This document shows positions 26,905 to 35,481 of a stretch of 64,000 nucleotides of DNA, in pieces. Below the pieces are notes generated by a model that was not told the origin of the DNA, made no database searches, and saw only the letters and a program-made list of their open reading frames with translations. The DNA comes from an uncultured Acidobacteriota bacterium (lineage in GTDB: Bacteria; Acidobacteriota; Thermoanaerobaculia; UBA5066; Gp7-AA6). The first letter of the stretch is position 1; every line of letters starts with the position of its first letter. The position numbers and the translations under genes are program-made. Location of the stretch: the NCBI GenBank assembly GCA_963775725.1, contig CAVZKA010000002.1, positions 1,253,004-1,317,003 on the forward strand, given 5' to 3'.

Positions 26905-29100
26905 CTACCAGGCCACCGACTGCACCCAGCGCTTCACGATGCGCCAGCTACGGGAGGCATACGAAGCCCGACGGCCGTGGATCTTGGCGTAGCCGACCAT
27001 GCCCGGCAGCAGCGTGCCGTCGGCGTTGTCGAACGTCGCGAGCGCGACGAACTGCTCCGGGCGTTCTCCCGGCGCCGCGGGGTCCTCTCCGGCACGTGCC
27101 GTCGCGGGACTGGCCAGCGTCGCGGGCGAGATCGAGGTGATCGTGCCGCGCGCCGGCGCCATCCTCCCGCGGAAGAGCGCGGTGACCGTGTCCTTCGGCG
27201 CGAGGTCGTCGAGCAGCCGTTCGGTCACCGCGAGGTCGGCGCGGAGGCGGTCCACCTCGCCCACCTCGGCGAGCAGAGTGCCCGCCGGCACGGACCGGCC
27301 CTCGAGGTCGCGCAAGTGCGCCGTGAGCATGCGTCCCGCGATCGGACTGCGCACGACGAGCCGGTCCTCCCGCACCCGATCGCTCGTCAGGGCGGCGTCG
27401 ACCGACCTGCTCTTCCGCTCGGACTCGAAGACGTCGCCGGCCTGCGCGTCCTGGCGGGCCCGGCCCACCTGGCCGTCGAGCCGCTGCCGCTCGCTCGTGA
27501 GCCGGGCCAGCTTCTCTGCCAGCGCGGGGCTGGCGAGCCGGAAGACGGGCTGGCCGGCCGCGACGCGGTCGCCTTGCTGGACGAGCACCTGCGTGACGAC
27601 GGCGTCTTCCGGCGCCTCGAGCCGCACCGTGGCCACGGGCCTCAACTGCGCGGAGGCGCGGAGCGTGCGGCGGCTCCAGGGCAGGAAGAAGAGGAGGGCG
27701 AGGACCGCGGCGGCGGCCAGGAGTCCCGTGCGGACGCGCGGCGACATGAGCAGCTCCTTCTTGTCGAGGTAGAACAGCTGCGCCGTGCGCGTCACGAGGC
27801 GCACCCGCTTGCGGAAGAGCCGGTACATCGTCACGACGACGAGGATGACGGCCCAGTTCGGGAAGAAGTGGTTGTAGAGGTTGAAGAAGAGCCCCCCGAT
27901 GAATCGCATGATCACCGCGACCCAGGCGAGCGCGAGCGTCCCGAAGACCCAGTAGATCCGGCGCTTGCGCCGCGACGCCGGCGGGACCTCGACGGGCAGG
28001 TGCAGGACCTTCTTCTGGAAGACGGCGCCGATGTAGCGGAACGACTCCTCGCGCAGGTCCGGGATCTCGACGATCGAGGACAGCGCGTAGTAGCCGTCGA
28101 TCTTGATCAGGGGATTGATGTTGAAGAAGACGGTGGAGACGCCCGTGAAGAGCACGGTCTTGAAGGCGATCTCGTGGAGCAGCGTGTCCGGGTACGAGGC
28201 GACCCACACGACCGTCGCCACCGAGCACATGAAGGCCTCGACGTAGATGCCGGCCGTCGTGACCCAGAGCCGGTGCCACTTGTTCTCGAAGAGGACCGAG
28301 TCGGTGGTGTCGCAATAGAAGGCGGGCGTGAAGTACAGCAGCGCGATCCCGATGTCGTGGACGTCGCCGCCGTAGATCTTGACCCCGTAGGCGTGGGCGA
28401 ACTCGTGGATGAGCCCGATGAAGGTGAGGATGAAGAAGAACTGGAAGACGTCGAGCAGGGGCTTGGACGTCAGGGCGTAGAGCTCCATCGTCCCGTTCCA
28501 GACCACGTCCCAGTGGATCATGATGACGCCGAAGGCCCAGGCGTTGAAGACGAGCGCGGCCGCCACGACGGGCGGGGTCCAGATCCAGCGGACGTACTTC
28601 ACCGTCCGATCGAGGAACCGGTTGGGATCGAGGACGTGGAAGAGCAGGAAGAAGGGGTTGAAGCCCTCGGCCTTCTCCTCGGCCGCCCGCTGGCGCGCGT
28701 TCCGGCTCTTCGCGAGCAGGGTCAGGTTGCGCTCGGCGACGGTCTGCGCGAGCAGGTCCATCGCGCGCAGCATCTCGAAGTACTCGAGCACGAGGGCCAT
28801 CTCCACCTTTTCGGCGGGGAAGCGCTCCTGGTACTCGGCCTGGATCTCCTCGAGCGTCCGCGTGCCGTCGAAGAGGGCGATGAGTCCCCACTCGTCGTCC
28901 TCGAAGTTGTAGTACTTGGTCGCCTCCGGGTTCTTGACGACCCACTTGACCTCGGAGAGCTGAACGACCCTCCGGATCACGGCGTCCGGGCGGATCGCCG
29001 GCCGATTGCTCCCGGCGCCGCGTCGGGCGGCGAGGGCGACGGCGCCTTCTTCGGGGCGCGTGGCGGACAGGAGCCGGGAAGGGCGCGCTTCGGCGTTCAC
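26905..29100 (-). CDS. fusion protein: PqqD-like (RRE) domain + M50 site-2-protease domain + HlyD-family adaptor domain
   Basis: The N-terminus has a PqqD-like segment (WGLIALFDGTRTLEEIQAEYQERFPAEKVEMALVLEYFEMLRAMDLL). The polytopic M50 core has HEFAH and NINPLIKIDG. A TM and a coiled-coil/beta HlyD region follow. Its GTG start overlaps the upstream stop (GTGA). Confidence 0.8.
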   Translation of the reverse strand: MNAEARPSRLLSATRPEEGAVALAARRGAGSNRPAIRPDAVIRRVVQLSEVKWVVKNPEATKYYNFEDDEWGLIALFDGTRTLEEIQAEYQERFPAEKVEMALVLEYFEMLRAMDLLAQTVAERNLTLLAKSRNARQRAAEEKAEGFNPFFLLFHVLDPNRFLDRTVKYVRWIWTPPVVAAALVFNAWAFGVIMIHWDVVWNGTMELYALTSKPLLDVFQFFFILTFIGLIHEFAHAYGVKIYGGDVHDIGIALLYFTPAFYCDTTDSVLFENKWHRLWVTTAGIYVEAFMCSVATVVWVASYPDTLLHEIAFKTVLFTGVSTVFFNINPLIKIDGYYALSSIVEIPDLREESFRYIGAVFQKKVLHLPVEVPPASRRKRRIYWVFGTLALAWVAVIMRFIGGLFFNLYNHFFPNWAVILVVVTMYRLFRKRVRLVTRTAQLFYLDKKELLMSPRVRTGLLAAAAVLALLFFLPWSRRTLRASAQLRPVATVRLEAPEDAVVTQVLVQQGDRVAAGQPVFRLASPALAEKLARLTSERQRLDGQVGRARQDAQAGDVFESERKSRSVDAALTSDRVREDRLVVRSPIAGRMLTAHLRDLEGRSVPAGTLLAEVGEVDRLRADLAVTERLLDDLAPKDTVTALFRGRMAPARGTITSISPATLASPATARAGEDPAAPGERPEQFVALATFDNADGTLLPGMVGYAKIHGRRASYASRSWRIVKRWVQSVAW

Positions 29101-31529
29101 GGAAGAATGGGCCAGACCTTGTTCCAGATGTACCGGACGGGCTTGCGGAAGAGGGCCGTCACGATGCGCCGCGTGCCGACCCGGACCTTGGCGGTTCCGA
29201 GCATGCCGGTCTTGAGCAAGCCGTCGGGATTGGCGATCGCGACCTCGGCGATGAGGAACCGCTCCGGCCCCTCCTCGCGGACGCGGGCGGCGACGCGCTC
29301 GACGGTGCCGCGGAAAGAGCGACCCGGGAACGGATTGAACTTGAGCGTTGCCGCCTGGCCCTTCTGGATGAGGCCGGACTCGGACTCGGGGATCGCGATC
29401 TCTGCCCGGAGCGAGCGGACGTCCGCGACGACGCACAGCTCGGCGCCACGCGCGAGCAGCTGCCCGACGCGCTCCTCGATGCGCGGCGTGATCACCACGC
29501 CGTCCACGGGCGCGCGGAGCTCGGTCTGTCCCAGCCGCTCCTGCCCGAGCGCGAGGCGCGCCTGTGCCTGCTCGCGGCGCTTCGTCGCGTCGTAGAGTGC
29601 GCCCGGGTCCGCGGCGTCGCGGGCGCGCGAGACTTCGCTGTCGGCCACGGCGACGGCCGCGCGCGCCGCGGCGAGGTCGGCCACGTAGCTCTCGTTCCGG
29701 AGGGCGGCGATGAGGTCGCCGGCCTTCACGGCGTCCCCCTCGCGGTGCACGACCGAGGCCACGACGCCGTCGACGAGGGACGTCACGGCGGCCCGGCGCG
29801 CCGGGAGCACCCGGGCGGGCGCTGCGATCCGCAGGGGCCACGGCAGGATGCAGAGCGCGAGCACCGCGGCGGCGATCCCGATCGTCCACCCGCGGCGCCG
29901 GCCCTGCGGCAGCGCGCCGATCTTGCGGCGCTTTTCCAGCAGTGGCTTCCAGAACCCGGCCAGCGGGACCTGCTGGTAGAGCTGGGCGTTGCGCACGGCG
30001 ACGGTGGTCTGGTTGACCAGGATCGAAAGCAGGTCCTGCGTTCCCTCGTCGAAGAGCAGCGCCTCCTTGCTTTCGAATCCGAGCGCGCCGAGCTTCCCCT
30101 CGTCGTCCTTGAGGAGCACGCCGAAGAACGACCGCAGCCCGGTCTCGCGGAAGATCGCGCGGAACTTCTCCTCGGTCTCGGGCCGGTCTGCCGTGAGCTC
30201 GCCGTCTTCGAGCTGGGTCACGGCGGTGTCGGTCCCCGAGAGGAAGACCCACTGGAGGAGACCTTCCATCCTTTGGACATCGGGATCCTGGCGGTTGACC
30301 TCCGTCGCGCCCGAGATGGCGCCCAGGCGCAGCTTGCCCTTGCCGAGGATGGCGATGCCGCAGCGGTCGTACGGGATCAGCGCCGAGGTGGCGTTGACAA
30401 TGGTCTGCATCACCTTGTCGAGATCGAGCGTCGACGTGATCTCGCGGCTGACGGCGAGCAGGGCGTCCAGCTCCTCGACCTTCTTCTCCGCCTCGTACTG
30501 GCGCGCGTTGCGCAGGGCCCGAACGGCCTGGCGGGCGAGGTCGGCCAGCAGCTCCTCGTCCTCGCCGGAGAACTCGGGATGACGGCCGCGCTTGTTCACG
30601 AGGACGAGAGCGCCGATCGAGAGCTCGTCCTCGACGAGCGGGATGGCGAGGACCGAATGGATGGTGTGGCCCTCGTTCTCCGAGGCGAGCTCGTCCGAGG
30701 GGGGGATGCGGTTGCGACGCAGGTTTTCCTGGCCGGCGATGACGTCGCCGACGACCGGGGCGCCCACGGCCGGCGGGGCGTTCTCCACGTCGTAGTTGTC
30801 GTTGACCGCGGTCGCCGCCAGCGCCACGTCTTCGCCGTCGAGCGTCCAGAGGGACGCAACCTCGGCGCTCGTGAAGTCGACCGCCTTGCGGACGACGAGC
30901 TCCGAGAGCTCCTCGAAGTCGATCGTCGAGCCGAACGCCTTGGAGAGATCGTAGAGGTTGGTCAGCCGCTCGATCGCGTGCAGCATGCCGACGGTCTTGC
31001 GTTCCGAGCGCAGCGCTCGGCCGAGGGCGGGCGCCGCCTGCTCGAGGAAGCGCTCGAGCCGGGCCAGCGCATTGTCGGCGTCCGGGATCTCGGTGAAGAA
31101 CAGGGCGAGCAGGCCGACGATCAGCCCCTCGGCCTCGAGCGGCACGGCCAGGCACGCGCGCAGCGTCGCCGGCACGCCGCGCAGGAAGGGGTCGCTCGAC
31201 GTCAGCTCGGCGCCCGTGAGCACGAGCGCCTGCCGGTCGCGCACGAGGTCGTGCACGAACCCGGTCTCGCGCGGCGCCGCCCGCCGCAGCAGCTTCTCGA
31301 CGCCCTTGCCCGACGCGCCGATGCAGAGGAAGAGCGGATTGACGGTGTCGGGCGCCCACAGCAGCGCGGCGTCGGCGCCGGCCATCGAGGCGCTCCAGCG
31401 GGCGGCCCAGCCCGAGGTTTGGGAAAGATTTTCGCAGAGCGCCAGCTCCGCCAGGGCGGATGCTTCGGCTTCGGCGCCGTCCGCCGCGTCGACCGTTTCG
31501 TCCTCGGGCGCTTCGGGTTCGTCCGCCAC
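29097..31529 (-). CDS. triple-GAF-domain sensor fused to HlyD-family adaptor domain
   Basis: Three GAF-like domains are followed by a TM (WTIGIAAAVLALCILPW) and an HlyD-type coiled-coil/barrel domain. A GTG start with a GAAGGAGAC RBS lies 44 nt after the STAS gene. Confidence 0.8.
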   Translation of the reverse strand: MADEPEAPEDETVDAADGAEAEASALAELALCENLSQTSGWAARWSASMAGADAALLWAPDTVNPLFLCIGASGKGVEKLLRRAAPRETGFVHDLVRDRQALVLTGAELTSSDPFLRGVPATLRACLAVPLEAEGLIVGLLALFFTEIPDADNALARLERFLEQAAPALGRALRSERKTVGMLHAIERLTNLYDLSKAFGSTIDFEELSELVVRKAVDFTSAEVASLWTLDGEDVALAATAVNDNYDVENAPPAVGAPVVGDVIAGQENLRRNRIPPSDELASENEGHTIHSVLAIPLVEDELSIGALVLVNKRGRHPEFSGEDEELLADLARQAVRALRNARQYEAEKKVEELDALLAVSREITSTLDLDKVMQTIVNATSALIPYDRCGIAILGKGKLRLGAISGATEVNRQDPDVQRMEGLLQWVFLSGTDTAVTQLEDGELTADRPETEEKFRAIFRETGLRSFFGVLLKDDEGKLGALGFESKEALLFDEGTQDLLSILVNQTTVAVRNAQLYQQVPLAGFWKPLLEKRRKIGALPQGRRRGWTIGIAAAVLALCILPWPLRIAAPARVLPARRAAVTSLVDGVVASVVHREGDAVKAGDLIAALRNESYVADLAAARAAVAVADSEVSRARDAADPGALYDATKRREQAQARLALGQERLGQTELRAPVDGVVITPRIEERVGQLLARGAELCVVADVRSLRAEIAIPESESGLIQKGQAATLKFNPFPGRSFRGTVERVAARVREEGPERFLIAEVAIANPDGLLKTGMLGTAKVRVGTRRIVTALFRKPVRYIWNKVWPILP

Positions 31530-31573
31530 GCGTCTCCTTCGCCCGTGGGCGAGACCCGGGTGTTGGGAACTCC

Positions 31574-31909
31574 CTAGAAGCTCGAGACCGCAGCCTCCAG
31601 GTCTTCGTGGATCTCGAAAACGGAATCGAGCTTCGTCATCTGGAGGAGCTTGCGGACCTGCGGGCCCGCGTGGAGGAGCTTGGCCGAGCCGCCCTCTTTC
31701 TGCGCCAGCGTCAACGCGCGGACGAGGGCGCCGAGGCCCGAGCTGTCGAGAAAGCCGACCGCCGAGAGGTCGACGAGCAGGTTGACCCGGCCCTCTTCGA
31801 GAAGCCGCGTGATCGTCTTCTTGAAGGTCGTCTCGGGCTCGCCGATGACGAGGTCGCCGGTCACGATCAGGATGGTGATTTCCCCGTCTTCGCGGGTGGT
31901 CAGTTCCAT
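31574..31909 (-). CDS. STAS-domain anti-sigma-factor antagonist (SpoIIAA-like)
   Basis: The protein is 111 aa with a conserved phosphorylatable Ser region (GFLDSSGLGALV). Confidence 0.8.
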   Translation of the reverse strand: MELTTREDGEITILIVTGDLVIGEPETTFKKTITRLLEEGRVNLLVDLSAVGFLDSSGLGALVRALTLAQKEGGSAKLLHAGPQVRKLLQMTKLDSVFEIHEDLEAAVSSF

Positions 31910-32089
31910 AAGGTGGGCGGATTATGTCAAACGTCGCGGTCGCTCCGCTACGGGGTCTGCGCCCCTGCGGGGCGCACCGGCGGCCGGCTCGCCCGGATGC
32001 GGGCTCGACCGGACGCCTGACCCCTCCGCTGCGCGACCGCTCCCGCGGCGCGAACCTCCTCCCTTCCATGAGAAGGCCGACCGGCGTCA

Positions 32090-33620
32090 AGGGGGGAGCC
32101 CGGGAGTCGCAGTAGGCAGGGACTGGTTGGAAGCAGACAGAAGTCGTTTCGCCAGGCTTCCATTCGCACTCAGTTCGGCTCGGTAAAGAGCCGGGTGCAT
32201 GGTGGGGTCCAACCAGTCGAGGCGCTGCCATCTCACTAACGGTCTTGCAGTAGCCCGTGGTTGTGGGCTGCGAGAGGACCGAGGGAGGAGTCGCAGTCGC
32301 CGGGACTGGGCGATTGACTTCAGTCATGGACATCGAGATAGGTGACTCTGGTTATCGAAGACTAGGCGGCCGAGACTCTGGTTTTGCGATCCTGGCGGTA
32401 AAGAGGTTCGTAAACTTCGCCGGTGCGCCAGAGGTGATGGAGCAGGACGGCGAGCTTGCGTGAGACGGCAACGATGGCTTTTTTCTTACCGAGCTTTCCG
32501 CCGCGGGAAGAGATGTTCTGTCCGAAGCGGCGCAGATCGCAGTCCGGGCCGAAGGGCCCCAGGATGTAGTGGGCCGCGTTCACGAGAAGCCGGCGCAACC
32601 CCGAGTCCCCCTGCTTGGTGATCCGTCTTTGCGGATCGGAGTGACCCGACTGCTTTCGTCCGGGAACCAGTCCAAGGAAGGCTCCGACTGTCCGACTCTT
32701 CGCGAAGCGCCGTGGGTCGCCCAGAGTCAGGACGAAGGCCAGTGAAGTGATCGGCCCGATGCCTTTGACCTGGCGCAGCAGCCTGGTCTGCGGGTACTGG
32801 TCATCGGCCAGGGTCTCGATCATCTGGCCCAGGGCTTTGATCTGCTCAGTGAGCGAAGCGATTTGCTCGAGCACCGGCAAGAGCACGGGCTCTAAGAGCT
32901 CCGGGATCTGCTTGGAGGCGGTCTTGGAGAAGCAGCTGGTGGAACAGGCCGGAAGCCTCGTCCCGAAGGACTTCACCACGCCACGCACGTGGTTGACCAG
33001 AAGCGTTCGGGCTACGACCAGAGCGTCCCGCGAGCGCAACAGCGCCAAGTCTTTCTGCAACGAAGCATCCCGGTGCTCAACCGGACAGAGCAATGCCGGC
33101 TCGAAGCGAGCCAGCCGCGCCAGGTACATGGCGTCAACCCGGTCATCCTTGCTCGGGTTCTCGTAGATCAGTCGAAGCCTGCGCGAGTTGGCGACGAGGA
33201 CTTCGTGGCCGTATTCCACGAGCTGTCGCGACACCCACGGCGAGTGGGTCCCCGTCTCAAGGGCAATACGCATCGGCGGGCGGTTCGAGAAAACCCTCCT
33301 CAGACCCGCCTCCGTCGTTGCCCCCCGGCCTTCCTCGACGATCTGGCCCTCGGCGTCGAGGATTGCGAATTGACTGAATCGATCTCCAAGATCCAGCCCG
33401 ACCGTCTGTCTTGCCACCTTGCTAAGCTCCCTCATGGCCGATCTCCCTTCTGGGCCTCGAGCCCGTTCCAATGCAGCCTTTTTACAAGGACTGCGCAGGG
33501 AGGTCGGCCTTCTCATCCCATCTCCCTTCGGTCGGGAGACTATTTGCGCCGCGAGGGGATAGAAGCAGTGGGGCTGTTCTTCGGTCCTGCCGTTTCTCGT
33601 CGCGGGGGCGGGCGCGGATT
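32090..33620 (-). mobile_element. IS110-family insertion sequence (boundaries approximate)
   Basis: It encodes a DEDD transposase, and local base composition drops here. Imperfect direct repeats GGAGTCGCAGT…GGGACTGG lie at about 32103 and 32287. Confidence 0.45.
32362..33435 (-). CDS. IS110-family transposase
   Basis: It has the DEDD_Tnp_IS110 N-domain (VGLDLGDRFSQFAILD) and the C-terminal Transposase_20 motifs (IKGIGPITSLAFV, KSRTVGAFLGLVPGRKQSGHSD). Confidence 0.8.
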   Translation of the reverse strand: MRELSKVARQTVGLDLGDRFSQFAILDAEGQIVEEGRGATTEAGLRRVFSNRPPMRIALETGTHSPWVSRQLVEYGHEVLVANSRRLRLIYENPSKDDRVDAMYLARLARFEPALLCPVEHRDASLQKDLALLRSRDALVVARTLLVNHVRGVVKSFGTRLPACSTSCFSKTASKQIPELLEPVLLPVLEQIASLTEQIKALGQMIETLADDQYPQTRLLRQVKGIGPITSLAFVLTLGDPRRFAKSRTVGAFLGLVPGRKQSGHSDPQRRITKQGDSGLRRLLVNAAHYILGPFGPDCDLRRFGQNISSRGGKLGKKKAIVAVSRKLAVLLHHLWRTGEVYEPLYRQDRKTRVSAA

Positions 33621-33631
33621 AGAATTCGGCC

Positions 33632-34636
33632 ATGACTATCGATCGTCGGTCGCTCGTGGCTCTATCCGCGGCTTCGCTTCTGCACGCGCGCCTTTCCCGG
33701 GGGACGACCCCGTCCGCGACCCCATCGAGCAAGGAAATCAAGACGGCGGGGATTCGCCTGATCACGGTCGACGGCAAGTACAAGGTCTGGACCAAGAAGC
33801 TCGGCGCCGGGAAGATCAAGGTCCTGACGCTGCACGGCGGTCCGGGAGTGACGCACGAGTACTTCGAGTGCTTCGAGGACTTCCTGCCGCAGGCGGGCGT
33901 CGAGTTCTATTACTACGACCAGCTCGGCTCGTTCTACTCGGACCAGCCCGACGACAAGAGCCTCTGGACGATCGACCGCTTCCGCGAGGAGGTCGAGCAG
34001 GTGCGCGCCGCCCTCGGGCTCGAGGGCTTCTTTCTCTACGGGCAGTCGTGGGGAAGCATGCTCGCGATCGAGTACGCGCTGAAGTACCAGAAGCACCTGA
34101 AGGGGCTGGTCCTCTCGAGCATGACGGCCTCGATCGCGTCCTACGTCGAGTACGTCAACACGCTGCGCGCGGCGCTGCCGGCCGCGGTCCTCGCGACGCT
34201 CGTCAAGTACGAGGAAAAGGGCGACTACGAGAACCCCGAGTACCAGGCCGTGATGTTCAAGGAGGTCTACGGCCGGCACGTCTGCCGGTTGGATCCCTGG
34301 CCCGACCCGGTCGCGCGGGCGTTCAAGCACATCTCCCCGCAGGTCTACAACACGATGCAGGGCCCGAACGAGTTCGTCGTGACCGGGACGTTCAGGGATT
34401 GGGACCGCTGGAAAGATCTCGCGAGGATCACCGTGCCCACGCTCGTCATCGGCGCCCGGTACGACGAGATGAATCCCGGCGACATCCGGAAGATGGGCAG
34501 GCTCCTGCCGAACTCGCGTGTCGCGATCTGTGAGAACGGAAGCCACCTGGCGATGTGGGACGACCAGGAGGCATACTTCGCGGCCCTGATCGGGTTCCTC
34601 AAGGATGTCGACGGCGGCCGGTTTCGGAAACCATAG
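33632..34636 (+). CDS. proline iminopeptidase-like alpha/beta hydrolase (S33) with Tat-like signal
   Basis: It has an HGGPG oxyanion motif and a GQSWGS nucleophile elbow. The N-terminus is RRSLVALSAASLL. Confidence 0.85.
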   Translation: MTIDRRSLVALSAASLLHARLSRGTTPSATPSSKEIKTAGIRLITVDGKYKVWTKKLGAGKIKVLTLHGGPGVTHEYFECFEDFLPQAGVEFYYYDQLGSFYSDQPDDKSLWTIDRFREEVEQVRAALGLEGFFLYGQSWGSMLAIEYALKYQKHLKGLVLSSMTASIASYVEYVNTLRAALPAAVLATLVKYEEKGDYENPEYQAVMFKEVYGRHVCRLDPWPDPVARAFKHISPQVYNTMQGPNEFVVTGTFRDWDRWKDLARITVPTLVIGARYDEMNPGDIRKMGRLLPNSRVAICENGSHLAMWDDQEAYFAALIGFLKDVDGGRFRKP

Positions 34637-35010
34637 CCGGGACCCGGCATCCAAGGGGTCATGAGAATCCATTTTTTTGGCCCCTCCCGGGAGGACGCCC
34701 GCAGCCGGCACATGTGGGAATTGCTATCCCGCTCGGTCCGACGCAGATCCGGCACTCGCCGTCTCCGCGTACTACGGGGGTGACAGGCGCGGTTCGAAGA
34801 TCTCTTTCCGGATCCCCGGGGGCCGGGAGCGCGAGGCGGTCGAAATTAAGACCGCCTCAGTCGCCGTCGGAAGGGGTTAATATCCCGGCCCATCGGCCCG
34901 CGCCCCTTGGCGGGCCGGCACTCGAATTCGACGCGGGTAACTCGGCGCAGCCATGTCGGCTGGGCCGATTCGCATGGCGCCCCCAAAAGGGGGATGCAAA
35001 GGAGACGAGG

Positions 35011-35418
35011 ATGAAAAAGGGCGATCTGACGACGAAGGCAATCGGACTGGCGATCGCCGGCGTGCTCGCGGGCTCGGGCCTGGCGAGCGCGATGGTGACG
35101 GCGGGAGCGGGCACGTCCGCGAAGGCCGGCGACGAGAAGGCCAAGGACACCAAGGCCGCCTCGGACAAGCACGTCTGCAAGGGCATGAATTCCTGCAAGG
35201 GCACCGGCGGCTGCAAGAGCGGCGACGCGGGCTGCGCGGGCAAGAACTCCTGCAAGGGCAAGGGCGGCTGCGCCTCGGCCGACATGAAGCACTCCTGCAA
35301 GGGTATGAACTCCTGCAAGGGCCAGGGCGGATGCAAGACCGGCGACGGCAGCTGTGCGGGCAAGAACTCCTGCAAGGGCAAGGGCGGCTGCGCGGTTCCC
35401 GTCAAGAAGGCGGCCTAA
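35011..35418 (+). CDS. bufA: bufferin-type RiPP precursor (DUF2282-like, 12 Cys) with Sec signal peptide
   Basis: A signal peptide is followed by two copies of a 6-Cys unit, CKGMNSCKGxGGCKxGDxxCAGKNSCKGKGGCA. An AAGGAG RBS precedes the start. It is followed by DUF692 and DUF2063 genes. Confidence 0.75.
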   Translation: MKKGDLTTKAIGLAIAGVLAGSGLASAMVTAGAGTSAKAGDEKAKDTKAASDKHVCKGMNSCKGTGGCKSGDAGCAGKNSCKGKGGCASADMKHSCKGMNSCKGQGGCKTGDGSCAGKNSCKGKGGCAVPVKKAA

Positions 35419-35433
35419 CTCCATCGCATTTTT

Positions 35434-35455
35434 CCGGGGGCCTTCGGGCCCCCGG
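35434..35455 (+). promoter_or_regulatory. perfect 9-bp GC hairpin (CCGGGGGCC-ttcg-GGCCCCCGG) between precursor and modification-enzyme genes
   Basis: It lies in the 63-nt bufA–bufB spacer and has no strong U-tract. It could be an attenuator or RNA-stability element. Confidence 0.5.
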
Positions 35456-35481
35456 ACTTCTTCCCACCCGGGACCTGAAAC

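Noticed and set aside
26098-26992. Minus-strand and alternative-frame ORFs spanning the tandem repeat (26098..26874, 26235..26825, 26288..26872, 26294..26992)
   Set aside because: They arise only because the 30-bp repeat is open in several frames. They have no RBS, and the plus-strand frame has the promoter, RBS and terminator.
24006-31909. PEP-CTERM/exosortase (PrsK–PrsR-like) interpretation of the sigma54 two-component locus
   Set aside because: No protein in the window ends with a PEP-CTERM sorting signal and there is no exosortase/EpsH. The kinase lacks the TM sensor typical of PrsK.
31910-32000. sigma54 or sigma70 promoter upstream of the STAS gene
   Set aside because: No TGGC-N7-TTGC match was found on the minus strand. 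A TTGACA hexamer is present but a -10 would overlap the start codon, so the evidence is insufficient.
34637-35010. Possible terminator at 34650–34682 (GGGGTCATGAGAATCCATTTTTTTGGCCCC) after the iminopeptidase gene
   Set aside because: Only a weak, interrupted stem could be drawn next to the T7 run. It is not convincing enough to call.
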